Of a stretch of 64,000 bases of DNA, positions 20,954-30,524 are shown piece by piece. A model generated the notes under the pieces. That model saw only the letters and a list, made by a program, of their open reading frames with translations. It searched no databases and was not told the origin of the DNA. The position numbers were made by a program, and so were the translations under genes. Location of the stretch: IMG/VR virus record IMGVR_UViG_3300042564_000253; one strand, written 5' to 3'. The stretch comes from a virus (Duplodnaviria; Heunggongvirae; Uroviricota; Caudoviricetes). Numbering within the stretch: the stretch's first letter is position 1; each line of letters begins with the position of its first letter.

Positions 20954-22203
20954 TATAAATACTGTTTGAATATATTTGTTATTCCATCTTCCCCATCTAT
21001 TAGGAAACCTGTCACTTCTGCTTTGGACATAGTGTGACCATTCTTGTCATCCCAAAGACTCTTAGAATTAGAGAATGCTGGGATTTGATAAAACTTAATA
21101 CCATTGAAATCATGACTCACTTCATGATGTTTGTCTCCTGTGAAGATATAGAAGTTCTGATGGAAAGACCATCCTTCTCTATACTCTATTGGAAACAATG
21201 CAGCAAGCTTTGCAGGCTTAATAGCATCTCCATGATTAAACATCAATGCTGATCTACCATAGCTTATGTACTTTCTATACTTAGGAGAACAATCAAATGT
21301 TAATCTCTCTGTATTTCTAAAGTAAGTCTGTAACCAATTAACCATATGCCATCCTACAAACTCATCATGATTACCTGCTACGTACACAACATTCACATTC
21401 TCAGCATATTGTAATAACATTGTAATCATTAACACCTCATGGTCACATATATACTCAAATGAAGTTTGATATGTATGTGTATTCTGTTGAGGGGTTCCTT
21501 TTGTAGTCATTCCTGTAAACTCACTGTTAAACTCATCTGAGCCAATAATGTATGTGATTTCTTCTAGGTTGTTTGAAAGTTGAGCTTGTACAGCAATCAA
21601 CTCCACCTTATACATAATCTTAGCTAATCTATCTAGTACATTGTTATTACCATCTACATCCCATTTGTTTAAGTGAGAGTCTTGTTTGTTGATGACTAAC
21701 ATACCTTTTGGTCTCTCTGGATCAAACTTAGGACTCATAACTTGCTGACTTACAGGCTTATATGAAGCTAAAAAGTCTACAAACGCATCTTGAAAAACTT
21801 GTTCTGTAGACTTCTTCCCTAACCATGCTTTGACTTGCCAATGGGGTGTTTCTCCATTTCCCCAATAATTCTGTACGTACTTTGTAATCTCCCACTTATC
21901 TGTGTCAATCTTACACTTTACTATAAGCTCATCTAAGCTTTTGATTTCATCCTTTGTATTGATGACAATCTCTCCAGTTCCTTTAAGAATGTCTTCTTCA
22001 AATCTTACTATTGTTTCCTCTAACTCAGAAATGTAGTTACCTAATTCTGCTTCTTGTATAATACTTTCTCTAGTTCTCAACTCTTTTAATAACTCATCAA
22101 CGTCTGATTCTGCAATTCCAAGCTTATCAGCGTAGAATTTTTTACTCTTTTTCCAGTGCAAAATCTCTTCTAGCTGGTTCAGCAATGCTTGATAGTCAGG
22201 CAT
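20953..22203 (-). CDS. Calcineurin-like metallophosphoesterase, 416 aa.
   Basis: Motifs VYVAGNHDEF (GNHD/E), FNHGD and GDKHHEVSH, plus an upstream QDSHL/DVDGN pair, fit the metallophosphatase superfamily. It is the first gene after a terminator and an intergenic gap. Confidence 0.5.
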   Translation of the reverse strand: MPDYQALLNQLEEILHWKKSKKFYADKLGIAESDVDELLKELRTRESIIQEAELGNYISELEETIVRFEEDILKGTGEIVINTKDEIKSLDELIVKCKIDTDKWEITKYVQNYWGNGETPHWQVKAWLGKKSTEQVFQDAFVDFLASYKPVSQQVMSPKFDPERPKGMLVINKQDSHLNKWDVDGNNNVLDRLAKIMYKVELIAVQAQLSNNLEEITYIIGSDEFNSEFTGMTTKGTPQQNTHTYQTSFEYICDHEVLMITMLLQYAENVNVVYVAGNHDEFVGWHMVNWLQTYFRNTERLTFDCSPKYRKYISYGRSALMFNHGDAIKPAKLAALFPIEYREGWSFHQNFYIFTGDKHHEVSHDFNGIKFYQIPAFSNSKSLWDDKNGHTMSKAEVTGFLIDGEDGITNIFKQYL

Positions 22204-22311
22204 ATATAGTTTATTTTGGTTAAAATTATTGTAAAGATAGGAACTATTTCTGAAATTCCCAAAAATAATCTAACTATTTTGGTTATATAGAATAACTTTT
22301 TTAGTTAGAGT

Positions 22312-22346
22312 TTAAACAAAAACCCCCAGCCTTGAAAGGCCAGGGG
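22312..22346 (-). terminator. Rho-independent terminator on the minus strand, downstream of the 284-aa fibre gene.
   Basis: The minus-strand RNA reads CCCCUGGCC-UUUCAA-GGCUGGGGG, a 9-bp stem with two G.U pairs, followed by UUUUUGUUU. Confidence 0.6.
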
Positions 22347-22383
22347 ATATCCTGTAAACCAATAAACAGGATTTTTTGGTATC

Positions 22384-23238
22384 TTAAGCAGTACAAGCTT
22401 CAGAGCAGGTTGATCTGCTTGGTGAGCCAAATAAATCTACATTAAAGTAAGGTCCAGCTACAGGGTTTAATATTTCATAAACATCAGTGCTTGCAGGTGG
22501 ATGATAGAAGTAACCAAGGTCTAATGCATTTGTAGCTCTTCCTACAGCAGTTGTTCCTTCTGCACAATCTTGAGTACAATCCAACCTTAGTATGTTGTAA
22601 TAGTAATAGCTATCATTACAAGTGGCAACTAAGCTAAATGTACCAGAGCCATTAGTTGAACAGTTTACTATATCAGTTCTTAAACGATACGTACCTGCAG
22701 GTAGAATGTAATTTGTTAAACTAGATGTCCATGTTCCTGGATTAGAACCTACTTGGACATAGCTAAATGTATATAGTACAGTTGTGTTTGCAGCGTCCAT
22801 GATGTATGCTGAATAGTATCTTGTACCAGTTCCAGAGTAGTAATATCCACCAGGAGTAATAAATGCTGTATTACCTGCTGTCACTGTAAATAATGATGAA
22901 TCACCTGCAGAGCATGTAGCAATTGCGTTTGTATCACCAGTTAAACAACCCAATGGATTTGTAGTAGTTGTACTTGTTGTTGAAGAAGAAGAAGTTGATG
23001 TTGTTGTAGTGGTTATTGTTCCACTGATAAACATATCAATAAAGTTTACACAAGCTCCTTCAGATTGTGTTCTAATGATTGTAGCATTGTCAGGCACACC
23101 TGTAAGACTATATCCTGCTTGCAAAGCAGCTTTTGATATACCAGATGCTAGAGCTGTTGTAAAGCCATCAGCGTCTGAATAAAGATTGAAGGGCCCTGTA
23201 TCTGCCCCAGCTAAAGTTAATGTTACTAATACTGTCAT
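22384..23238 (-). CDS. Putative tail fibre / receptor-binding protein, 284 aa, with a poly-Thr/Ser linker.
   Basis: Its N-terminal domain is paralogous to 12938..13804. A TTTTTSTSSSSTTSTTTT linker follows. A terminator lies downstream. Confidence 0.5.
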   Translation of the reverse strand: MTVLVTLTLAGADTGPFNLYSDADGFTTALASGISKAALQAGYSLTGVPDNATIIRTQSEGACVNFIDMFISGTITTTTTSTSSSSTTSTTTTNPLGCLTGDTNAIATCSAGDSSLFTVTAGNTAFITPGGYYYSGTGTRYYSAYIMDAANTTVLYTFSYVQVGSNPGTWTSSLTNYILPAGTYRLRTDIVNCSTNGSGTFSLVATCNDSYYYYNILRLDCTQDCAEGTTAVGRATNALDLGYFYHPPASTDVYEILNPVAGPYFNVDLFGSPSRSTCSEACTA

Positions 23239-23259
23239 TTTATATTTGGTTTTTTTATA

Positions 23260-24924
23260 TTAAAGTTGAGTCCACGAGATTCCTCCATTATCAGATCTAA
23301 ATAATCCAGTTGTTGATGCAAGTAGTCTTAATGGTCCATTATAACCACCTACAGCACAATCTGTAAATACTTTTAGTCCCATACCAGTAACACCACTAAG
23401 AATAACAGATCCTAAAGTATCACCACCAACAGGAGATGTTTCTGATGGATCAGTTAATTGGCCAGCATAGTCACCTATATAAGTCATTACACTACCATAT
23501 CCAGAAGGAGATGGTCCATAGTCATATAGTTGTCCAACTCTGTACCAGTTTCGTAAGTTAGAGTTTCCAGTTTGAATACTAGTATAAGATGCTCCATAAT
23601 TAGTAGACTTAAAAATCCATCCTCTTGATAAATATCCTCCACCATACCCACTAGTAGCTCCTGTTACAACAACAGTTGAACCATCACTACTACAACTAAT
23701 GTCTCTTACATATTGAGTTCCAACACTTATTGCTTGCCAACTTACACCATAGTTAGACGATCTCAAAACTGTTCCAGTAAAAGTAGTAGTATATGAAAGA
23801 TACATAAATTGACCATCGTTGCTTATTGCCACTCCTTGTACACTAGCATCTGATAATGATAATCCTGGAACATATGACCAAGAGCCATTTGCTCCATAGT
23901 TGTTTGAAATCTTTGTACTAAACTTTGGAGTACCTATTTCTTCATAGCAAACAATTATATACTGTCCATTTCCAGACATTCCTGTTCCTTCAAAATATTC
24001 TGTTGTATGAGCATTTACTCTTAGAGTTATATCAGTATAAGATGCACCATAGTTAGTAGATAAGAAAAGTGGACCATTTAATGAACTAGCAATCATATAC
24101 TGACCTGTATCAGACATTGCTATTCTTTGCCAATAGTATAATGTATTAGTAGAAGATGCTTGCCATGTTGCACCATAATCAATAGATCTATATAAACTTC
24201 CTTGTAAAAAACCTACTCCAAAACCAGAAGATCCAGCACCAGTTGCTACCATTTGATATTGACCAGATCCCCTATTCATAGATACTGCATTTATAGGAAT
24301 TCCTCCATTCTGATCTTGGAAGGTAATATTTATAGGAGTTGCCTGTCCATCAATGATAGTTAATTCTATATCATTAGGAGCATATATAGTTTCATAATTA
24401 AGAGGAATTAAAGTATATTGTGGTCCACTTACATTAAAAAAAGTACCATCAGAGACTACATTTCCATTTACAGATAATGTCACACTAAAAAATCCTGATG
24501 GGCTAGTACTAGTACCATCAACTTCTATATATAAAAAAGGGTCAAGACTACTACCAAATTGAGAATAGTATTGAGAAGTTTGAGTTGAAGATGCAGGAAG
24601 ACTCCAAAGTCCCACTGGTATTTGAGTAGAAAGATCATAATAATATATTCCTGTGAAAGATATACCATAATTAGGAACTAATGTAGCACCTCCATATAAT
24701 GCAACGTTGTCTTTTACAATTAGTTGATTTTGAGACTTATTAGCAAATGGAGGATATTCTGATACACTACTAGGTACAACTATATAATCTTCAAAATCTT
24801 GTTTGGTAATTTGTTCATTACTTACAGGGATAGGTTGACTAAAGAAAAACAATCCTGTGTTACAAGCATCTTGTAAATTATTAAATGATATACACTGATT
24901 AGGTAGTAATGTATTCCAACTCAT
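23260..24924 (-). CDS. BNR/Asp-box repeat (sialidase-like beta-propeller) tail protein, 554 aa.
   Basis: Repeated S-x-D/N-x-G-x-S/T-W/Y boxes: SIDYGATWQ, STNYGASYT, SNNYGANGSW, SSNYGVSWQ, STNYGASYT. Confidence 0.55.
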   Translation of the reverse strand: MSWNTLLPNQCISFNNLQDACNTGLFFFSQPIPVSNEQITKQDFEDYIVVPSSVSEYPPFANKSQNQLIVKDNVALYGGATLVPNYGISFTGIYYYDLSTQIPVGLWSLPASSTQTSQYYSQFGSSLDPFLYIEVDGTSTSPSGFFSVTLSVNGNVVSDGTFFNVSGPQYTLIPLNYETIYAPNDIELTIIDGQATPINITFQDQNGGIPINAVSMNRGSGQYQMVATGAGSSGFGVGFLQGSLYRSIDYGATWQASSTNTLYYWQRIAMSDTGQYMIASSLNGPLFLSTNYGASYTDITLRVNAHTTEYFEGTGMSGNGQYIIVCYEEIGTPKFSTKISNNYGANGSWSYVPGLSLSDASVQGVAISNDGQFMYLSYTTTFTGTVLRSSNYGVSWQAISVGTQYVRDISCSSDGSTVVVTGATSGYGGGYLSRGWIFKSTNYGASYTSIQTGNSNLRNWYRVGQLYDYGPSPSGYGSVMTYIGDYAGQLTDPSETSPVGGDTLGSVILSGVTGMGLKVFTDCAVGGYNGPLRLLASTTGLFRSDNGGISWTQL

Positions 24925-27104
24925 TATTTGTTTAATTTAGCTTCTAATTCTGCAATTCTTTTTTCTAAGGCTGCTATCTTTAATGTATGTACGTCCATAT
25001 AGTTTACAGATAGTTTATCTTCTCCTGTAACTGCGTCTGGAAGTATTGATTGTACTTGTTGAGCAGAATAACCATATCTTACTTTATCTGTGTCATCGTC
25101 AGTTCTTACAAACTTGATTACATCTATTCCTAATAAATCTATTTGAGGATTATATTCTAATACAGTTTTATATCTAATATCAGAAGTTTCATAAAATGCT
25201 GTTGCTGAGATGGATGTATTAGATAACCATCCTGTAGCTGTAATTGCATAAAATGAAAAACCTAATGCTGAGTTATATATACCTTTATCTACAACATCAT
25301 TTACAAAGTGACCACTGCTTTTTACTTCTGTACCACTATATACACCTCCACTACATTCAAGACTTTGTCCTGCTCCACCAACAGCATTAATAGATACATA
25401 TCTAGTAAAATTAACTACAGTTCCATTATCTGTTATGGGAGCATCACCAACTGCTGTAGCACTAGTAAACTTAGCAAGATTATTTGTTGTACCACTAATT
25501 GTACCTGCACCACTAGAACCACTTGATCCAGAAGAACCACTAGATCCACTAGATCCTGATGAACCAGATGAACCTGATGTTCCACTAGATCCACTACCAC
25601 CAGGTCCTCCATTTGCTCCAGAAGAACCTGATGTTCCTGAAGAACCATTGGTTAAACCACTAGTTGCAGAAGATCCACTTGTTCCAGAACTTCCTGATGT
25701 TCCAGATGATCCAGAACTTCCTGATGTTCCTGTGCTACCTGAGGTACCTGATGTACCATTAGTTAAACCACTAGAACCAGATGTACCAGTAGAACCAGAA
25801 GAACCAGAAGATCCAGAAGATCCAGAAGTACCTGATGATCCAGAGGCACCTGTTATACTTACTCCACTTGTACCTGCTGTGCCATTAACTCCAGAAGTTC
25901 CTGTAGTTCCTGAAGTTCCAGTAGCTCCAGTTAAACCACTTGTTCCACTTGTTCCAGTACTTGTACCAGAAGTGGCAGCAGTACCTGATGTACCTGTTGT
26001 TCCTGTGCTACCTGAAGTTCCTGTACTACCTGAAGTGCCTGATGTTCCAGTTGTACCTGTGGTACCTGAGGTACCAGATGACCCTGAAGAACCAGACGAA
26101 CCTGAAGAAGCAGATGTACCAGCTGTACCAGCTGTACCATTTATTCCAGAAGTACCATTACCACCAGCTGCACCAAACAGATTCACTGTCCACACAGCAT
26201 AAGTTCCTGCACCCACTGCTGTGGTGACATTAACCACCATAGCACCTGTTCCACTATTGTAAGAGGTAACAGTTCCTTGCATTGTATTGCTTACATCATA
26301 TACTATGATAACTGTCTGTGCAATACTATATGCTAGTCCTGTTCCTACTGTTAAACTTATTGATCCTGTACCTATTGTTAAAGATGTAACAGAAGATGTT
26401 AAATATCTATCTCCATCTTGACCTGCAGTACCAGAAGATGCTGAAGTGCCAGCTGTGCCAGCTGTACCAGTTAATCCACTAGATGCAGATGTACCTGAGC
26501 TTGCACTCGTACCAGCTGTAGCATCTTGACCAGAAGTTCCTGCTGTGGCATCCTGACCACTAGTTCCAGAACTTCCATCTGTTCCAGTAGTTCCATTAGT
26601 TCCAGAGGTTCCATCAGCAGCAGAAGTACCACTAGTGGCAGAAGTACCTGAAGTACCACTTAAACCATTTGTACCACTTACACCACCAGAGCCACTAGTT
26701 CCATTTGAACCAGCTCTACCAGAAGAACCACTTGTACCACTAGAACCATTTGATGATGTACCAGATGAACCTGTAACTCCAGATGAACCAGAAGTACCAT
26801 TTGATCCAGAAGGACCTGTAGCACCAGAGGTTGCAGATGTTCCATTAGTTCCAGATATACCAGAAGAGCCAGAGGAACCTGAAGTACCAGAGGTTCCATT
26901 CAGTCCTACTACACCATTACATAAAGCATCATCTATTTTTGATAAAGCACAATCTAAATTATCTCCAGTGTGAATTCCTGAACAAGGAAGATTAGGTCCA
27001 TTATATATAACAAGATTTGCTGTAGTTGCACAAGGAAGTGAATTACAGTTTTCATTAGGATGATAATATGCGTTATAACAAGGATCGCCAGGGTTGCAAG
27101 CCAT
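24924..27104 (-). CDS. Collagen-like tail fibre, 726 aa, with a C-terminal intramolecular-chaperone (endosialidase S74-type) domain.
   Basis: Two long Gly-X-Y tracts (GTSGSSGSSGISGTNG...). The C-terminus carries SDIRYK...GYSAQQVQSILPDAV...ALEKRIAELEAKL, which matches the SDxRxK start and G..AQ.V..P core of self-cleaving chaperone domains. Confidence 0.7.
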   Translation of the reverse strand: MACNPGDPCYNAYYHPNENCNSLPCATTANLVIYNGPNLPCSGIHTGDNLDCALSKIDDALCNGVVGLNGTSGTSGSSGSSGISGTNGTSATSGATGPSGSNGTSGSSGVTGSSGTSSNGSSGTSGSSGRAGSNGTSGSGGVSGTNGLSGTSGTSATSGTSAADGTSGTNGTTGTDGSSGTSGQDATAGTSGQDATAGTSASSGTSASSGLTGTAGTAGTSASSGTAGQDGDRYLTSSVTSLTIGTGSISLTVGTGLAYSIAQTVIIVYDVSNTMQGTVTSYNSGTGAMVVNVTTAVGAGTYAVWTVNLFGAAGGNGTSGINGTAGTAGTSASSGSSGSSGSSGTSGTTGTTGTSGTSGSTGTSGSTGTTGTSGTAATSGTSTGTSGTSGLTGATGTSGTTGTSGVNGTAGTSGVSITGASGSSGTSGSSGSSGSSGSTGTSGSSGLTNGTSGTSGSTGTSGSSGSSGTSGSSGTSGSSATSGLTNGSSGTSGSSGANGGPGGSGSSGTSGSSGSSGSSGSSGSSGSSGSSGAGTISGTTNNLAKFTSATAVGDAPITDNGTVVNFTRYVSINAVGGAGQSLECSGGVYSGTEVKSSGHFVNDVVDKGIYNSALGFSFYAITATGWLSNTSISATAFYETSDIRYKTVLEYNPQIDLLGIDVIKFVRTDDDTDKVRYGYSAQQVQSILPDAVTGEDKLSVNYMDVHTLKIAALEKRIAELEAKLNK
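25529..26204. repeat. Collagen-like coding tandem repeat, block 2 (GXY codons).
   Basis: Degenerate 9-nt periodicity (ccagaagaaccagaagatccagaagatccagaagta...). It generates mirror ORFs on the plus strand. Confidence 0.8.
26429..26909. repeat. Collagen-like coding tandem repeat, block 1 (GXY codons).
   Basis: Same periodic G-rich codon repeats as block 2. Confidence 0.8.
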
Positions 27105-27125
27105 TTTATTATTAGTTTAAATAAA

Positions 27126-28301
27126 TTAAGGAATATACATTATATAATACGCAGCAATAACAGGTTGAATGTTTGCATGAGAACCACCACCACCTGTATT
27201 GTCAATTCCAAGAGCTACGTTACCAGGAGTATTAGAACTTACAGTACTCTTAGACAAACTACTTATACCAGCACCAGCTGATTGACTACTATTAGATAAT
27301 CTATAACTACTATTTCCACCAAGAGCAATTTCTCTTACTACAGCATGTGTAGAATCAACAACTGCATTAATTTCTCCACCAGTGGCTGCTACATAATGAA
27401 AATGATCATCTAATGTAACAGTTGTTGTTCCTATTCCACTATGCGAGTGAGAAGGCATTTGTGATGTAATAAGTGTTACACTATTTGCACCTGCTGTGGT
27501 AAATAATGCATAGTTTGGATTTCCTACAAAGTTAGGATCTACAGCAGCATCAAGACCAATATTAATAGGAGGAACATTTGCAATAGCACCAACAGCAACA
27601 CGTCCTCTTTTATCAGGAGTGGCATTAAGACCATTACATAGATACACCTTATAGAAACCAAGATTTGGAATACCAACTCCTGATCCATCAAAGTTAGTTA
27701 ATGGTCCATAGTATTCATATGCTACATAAGGAACCATTTTTAAATATTCTTGTGTACCTCCACCTCCTGCTTGACTAGCTAAATAAGCTGCAATCAAAGC
27801 ATCAAGATCTGATAGTTTAACATAGTTTGTAGCTACATCAAGTTCAAGAGCAGCAAGATCAGCTATAGTATCACATAGTCTTGTTATAATAGCTTGGACA
27901 ATAGCATGTGTATCTGAGCTAGCTGTTACACCAGTCAAACAATCAATTGTATAGTCAGCATTTAGTATAGCTATTTCAGCATCAATTGCATCAATCTGAG
28001 CTTGTAAGTCACAAACTACTTTTACTAAAGCATTGAATAACTGTGCAGATGTCCAAGTATCTGCTTCACTTGGAGTAGGTAAATAACCATTTAAAATAGC
28101 ACAACGTATACTTTCTAATATAACAATGCTATCTCCTTCCCCAGTTAAAAGAGGAACTAAACTATTAATTATATTATCTAAGACAGTCTGAAGATTATCT
28201 CCAGATTGTATATCTAAAGGAATGCTGTCAAGACCTGTATATCTAACACATTGGTCAGATACAGTTTCTACACAACCATTATAGCAACTTTCACAAGACA
28301 T
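27126..28301 (-). CDS. Tail fibre protein with a C-terminal phage tail-collar domain, 391 aa.
   Basis: PNLGFYKV..GRVAVGA...VTLITSQMPSHSHS...GGGGSHANIQPVIAAYYIMYI matches the collar-domain pattern (P.L.G, an HxH metal motif, a terminal QP..a.yyI). Confidence 0.65.
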   Translation of the reverse strand: MSCESCYNGCVETVSDQCVRYTGLDSIPLDIQSGDNLQTVLDNIINSLVPLLTGEGDSIVILESIRCAILNGYLPTPSEADTWTSAQLFNALVKVVCDLQAQIDAIDAEIAILNADYTIDCLTGVTASSDTHAIVQAIITRLCDTIADLAALELDVATNYVKLSDLDALIAAYLASQAGGGGTQEYLKMVPYVAYEYYGPLTNFDGSGVGIPNLGFYKVYLCNGLNATPDKRGRVAVGAIANVPPINIGLDAAVDPNFVGNPNYALFTTAGANSVTLITSQMPSHSHSGIGTTTVTLDDHFHYVAATGGEINAVVDSTHAVVREIALGGNSSYRLSNSSQSAGAGISSLSKSTVSSNTPGNVALGIDNTGGGGSHANIQPVIAAYYIMYIP

Positions 28302-28308
28302 GGTTTAT

Positions 28309-28584
28309 TTATTTATAAATTAACACTTTAACTCTACTTACAACCTGAGATGTAGTGGGAAGACCACATACCATAGCATAGGTTGGGTTACAAAGTCTGT
28401 ATGTTAATATTTGTTTGTAATTTAATAAATCTTGTATTATCTCTCCAGGAATATAATTATTCAAAGAGAAGACAATATTATTATATTGGAGCTTTGCCCA
28501 ATATGTTAATCTTTCATCAATTTGTGTTAATGTAACAGGAATACTGGCATCAATAACACAATCTGTTAATCTTGGTGATAACAT
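28309..28584 (-). CDS. Small hypothetical protein, 91 aa. Possible fibre assembly or accessory protein.
   Basis: An ORF immediately downstream of the collar-domain fibre gene. Confidence 0.4.
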   Translation of the reverse strand: MLSPRLTDCVIDASIPVTLTQIDERLTYWAKLQYNNIVFSLNNYIPGEIIQDLLNYKQILTYRLCNPTYAMVCGLPTTSQVVSRVKVLIYK

Positions 28585-28697
28585 CTTTTATTCTATTTGT
28601 AGCAGTTTTAAGTTTGTTGTTGCATGCTGAACATAGGCCATTAATCAATTGACACCCACATCCCACCTTCATGCCACATCCTCTACAGTTTGCCATA

Positions 28698-29255
28698 TTA
28701 AGGAAAATTAATTATATAGTTGTTTCCTGTACAACCACATTGGTTTGCAATAAAATAATCCAATTGTCTATTAGCTTGGATATATAATTTGTTGGCTGTA
28801 TCAATAGCACAGTTATTAGCTGCTGCTATGGAGCCTTGAATCATAAAGTTGATACTACTTAAAACTACTTTTGCTTGTGTTCTTATAGCTGAATCACATT
28901 CCATCATGTCTAATTTCATAAATGCACCATCAAACTTTTCTTGAATAAGCTCAGTACGCATAATGTTTTTCTCTACAAAGTTTGTAGTAGCTGGAGCAAC
29001 TGAGTATTTCATGAAATAAATTCCATCAGGCAAAGGCGATGTTGCTGGAAATGGAGTTAGTCCTAAAATGATTGAATTATAAACATTGAAGCTGTTAACA
29101 TTAAATGGAACAGCTACAGGTGTTGTGAAACCAGGAACAGTAATTTGCATAGTAGGAGCACTAACAACAGGTGGATTTGTATCATAGACAGATATGTCAG
29201 CTATACCTAGTGTTTGTGTAGTGTATGTATTAATTACTAAAAAATCTAATGTCAT
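28698..29255 (-). CDS. Hypothetical structural protein, 185 aa.
   Basis: An ORF following a terminator and a ~110-bp intergenic region. Confidence 0.5.
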   Translation of the reverse strand: MTLDFLVINTYTTQTLGIADISVYDTNPPVVSAPTMQITVPGFTTPVAVPFNVNSFNVYNSIILGLTPFPATSPLPDGIYFMKYSVAPATTNFVEKNIMRTELIQEKFDGAFMKLDMMECDSAIRTQAKVVLSSINFMIQGSIAAANNCAIDTANKLYIQANRQLDYFIANQCGCTGNNYIINFP

Positions 29256-29270
29256 GGTTTTTTCTAATAA

Positions 29271-29310
29271 AAATGCCAGAGGATTTGAGATATCCTCTCA
29301 CCCTCTGGCA
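29271..29310 (-). terminator. Rho-independent terminator on the minus strand, after the 386-aa gene.
   Basis: The minus-strand RNA forms a 9-bp stem (UGCCAGAGG ... CCUCUGGCA) with a structured loop, followed by UUUUUAUU. Confidence 0.6.
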
Positions 29311-29337
29311 TAGGTTAATATGATGCTACCTTTTTCC

Positions 29338-30498
29338 TTAAGGGATCAAAGTAGTTGTTGTTGAAGTGCTAGGCCATACAGTAGTTGTAGTACTAGTAGT
29401 AGTGATACAAGCTGTGTCACCTGCAACAGCTCCTAAACCAGCTACTAATATAGCTTCGATAGCAGATGTTTGATTCTCAGGAACAGCAATGATCACCATG
29501 CTATCTTCCATAATATAGTCACCCCATTGGTAAGCACTCTTATCATACTCATTGAATTTGATATAGTACAAATCATAGATCTGACCATCAGTTACCCAAG
29601 ACTCAAAGTTCTCGTTGTAACCATTCATTCTGTATAAATGCTTTAAGTAACCAGCTTGGTAGCTATAGAAGTTCTTCTCTAATTGTTGAACTTCAGCAGA
29701 AGTACCAACAGCATAGTTAGAACGTTGTGTGATAACAGGTTGAGCAACTCTATTACAAGGATCGTCAACAATGAAGTCAGCAGTTGTAGCTGGACCAGAG
29801 AAGATGAAAGTTCTAAAGTAGAATCTGTCATACTCCCAAGGGAATGCAGCAACATCACAAGGCTGTCCATAAGCAGTTAATGGTTTACCACTAATACGTA
29901 ACAACGCAGATGAATCGTTACCAATTCTTTGGAATTGATAAAATTGATTTAAAGTGATGTTATCAGGGTTATTACCTGGAGCATCTAACTCTAAATGATA
30001 GATAAGATCATCAATCAATGCAGGAACATCTACATCTGTACAAGGATCATCACCACATCCAAGACATGGAGCATTAACTGTTACAGAACGAGTGAAACCA
30101 TTGAAGTACAATGTGTTTAAGTAGCTAGAGAAACCACGTAAAGTTAATGTTACAATCTCACCAGGTTTTACTGTGAAGTCAACTACATCAGTTACTTGAT
30201 TCACTGGAGTAGGACAACCTAAAGATTTGTACCATTCAGTTACGTTTGTTTTACAAGAGTTACCACTAGGACATCCAGAGATTTTGTCTGAACGCTTAGA
30301 ACCTTGTAAGTAGGTGTTTGTTCTACCTTGAGCTACATAAAAATAAGGGGCAGCAGCAATGTTACCAGCTGTGGCAACACTATAGTCATTTAGGAATATT
30401 CCTACTTGACCTGCTGTTAAATTCTGTGTTGATCCAGAGCTAGGTAATGTATTTCCTACTGGTACAACAAAGAGGGTGGTTAGGGAAAAATCAGCCAT
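29338..30498 (-). CDS. Structural protein, 386 aa. Candidate major tail/tube or tubular protein, with a Thr-rich C-terminus.
   Basis: An ORF ending in TTTSTTTTVWPSTSTTTTLIP. Placing an abundant protein before a terminator is consistent with it being a major structural gene. Confidence 0.5.
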   Translation of the reverse strand: MADFSLTTLFVVPVGNTLPSSGSTQNLTAGQVGIFLNDYSVATAGNIAAAPYFYVAQGRTNTYLQGSKRSDKISGCPSGNSCKTNVTEWYKSLGCPTPVNQVTDVVDFTVKPGEIVTLTLRGFSSYLNTLYFNGFTRSVTVNAPCLGCGDDPCTDVDVPALIDDLIYHLELDAPGNNPDNITLNQFYQFQRIGNDSSALLRISGKPLTAYGQPCDVAAFPWEYDRFYFRTFIFSGPATTADFIVDDPCNRVAQPVITQRSNYAVGTSAEVQQLEKNFYSYQAGYLKHLYRMNGYNENFESWVTDGQIYDLYYIKFNEYDKSAYQWGDYIMEDSMVIIAVPENQTSAIEAILVAGLGAVAGDTACITTTSTTTTVWPSTSTTTTLIP

Positions 30499-30524
30499 TT
30501 TGCTTTATATTTAATTGTTAAAAA

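Noticed and set aside
22204-22383. A Bacteroidetes-type promoter (TTTG ... TAnnTTTG) for the downstream minus-strand block.
   Set aside because: Only partial matches (TTTG, TATTTG-like) are present. A promoter here is plausible given the terminator, but the boxes cannot be assigned confidently.
25308-26973. Plus-strand ORFs (72-255 aa, Pro/Glu/Val-rich) and short minus-frame ORFs overlapping the collagen-like gene.
   Set aside because: They are mirror or shifted-frame artefacts of the periodic Gly-codon repeats in 24924..27104. They have no starts in good context and are composition-driven.
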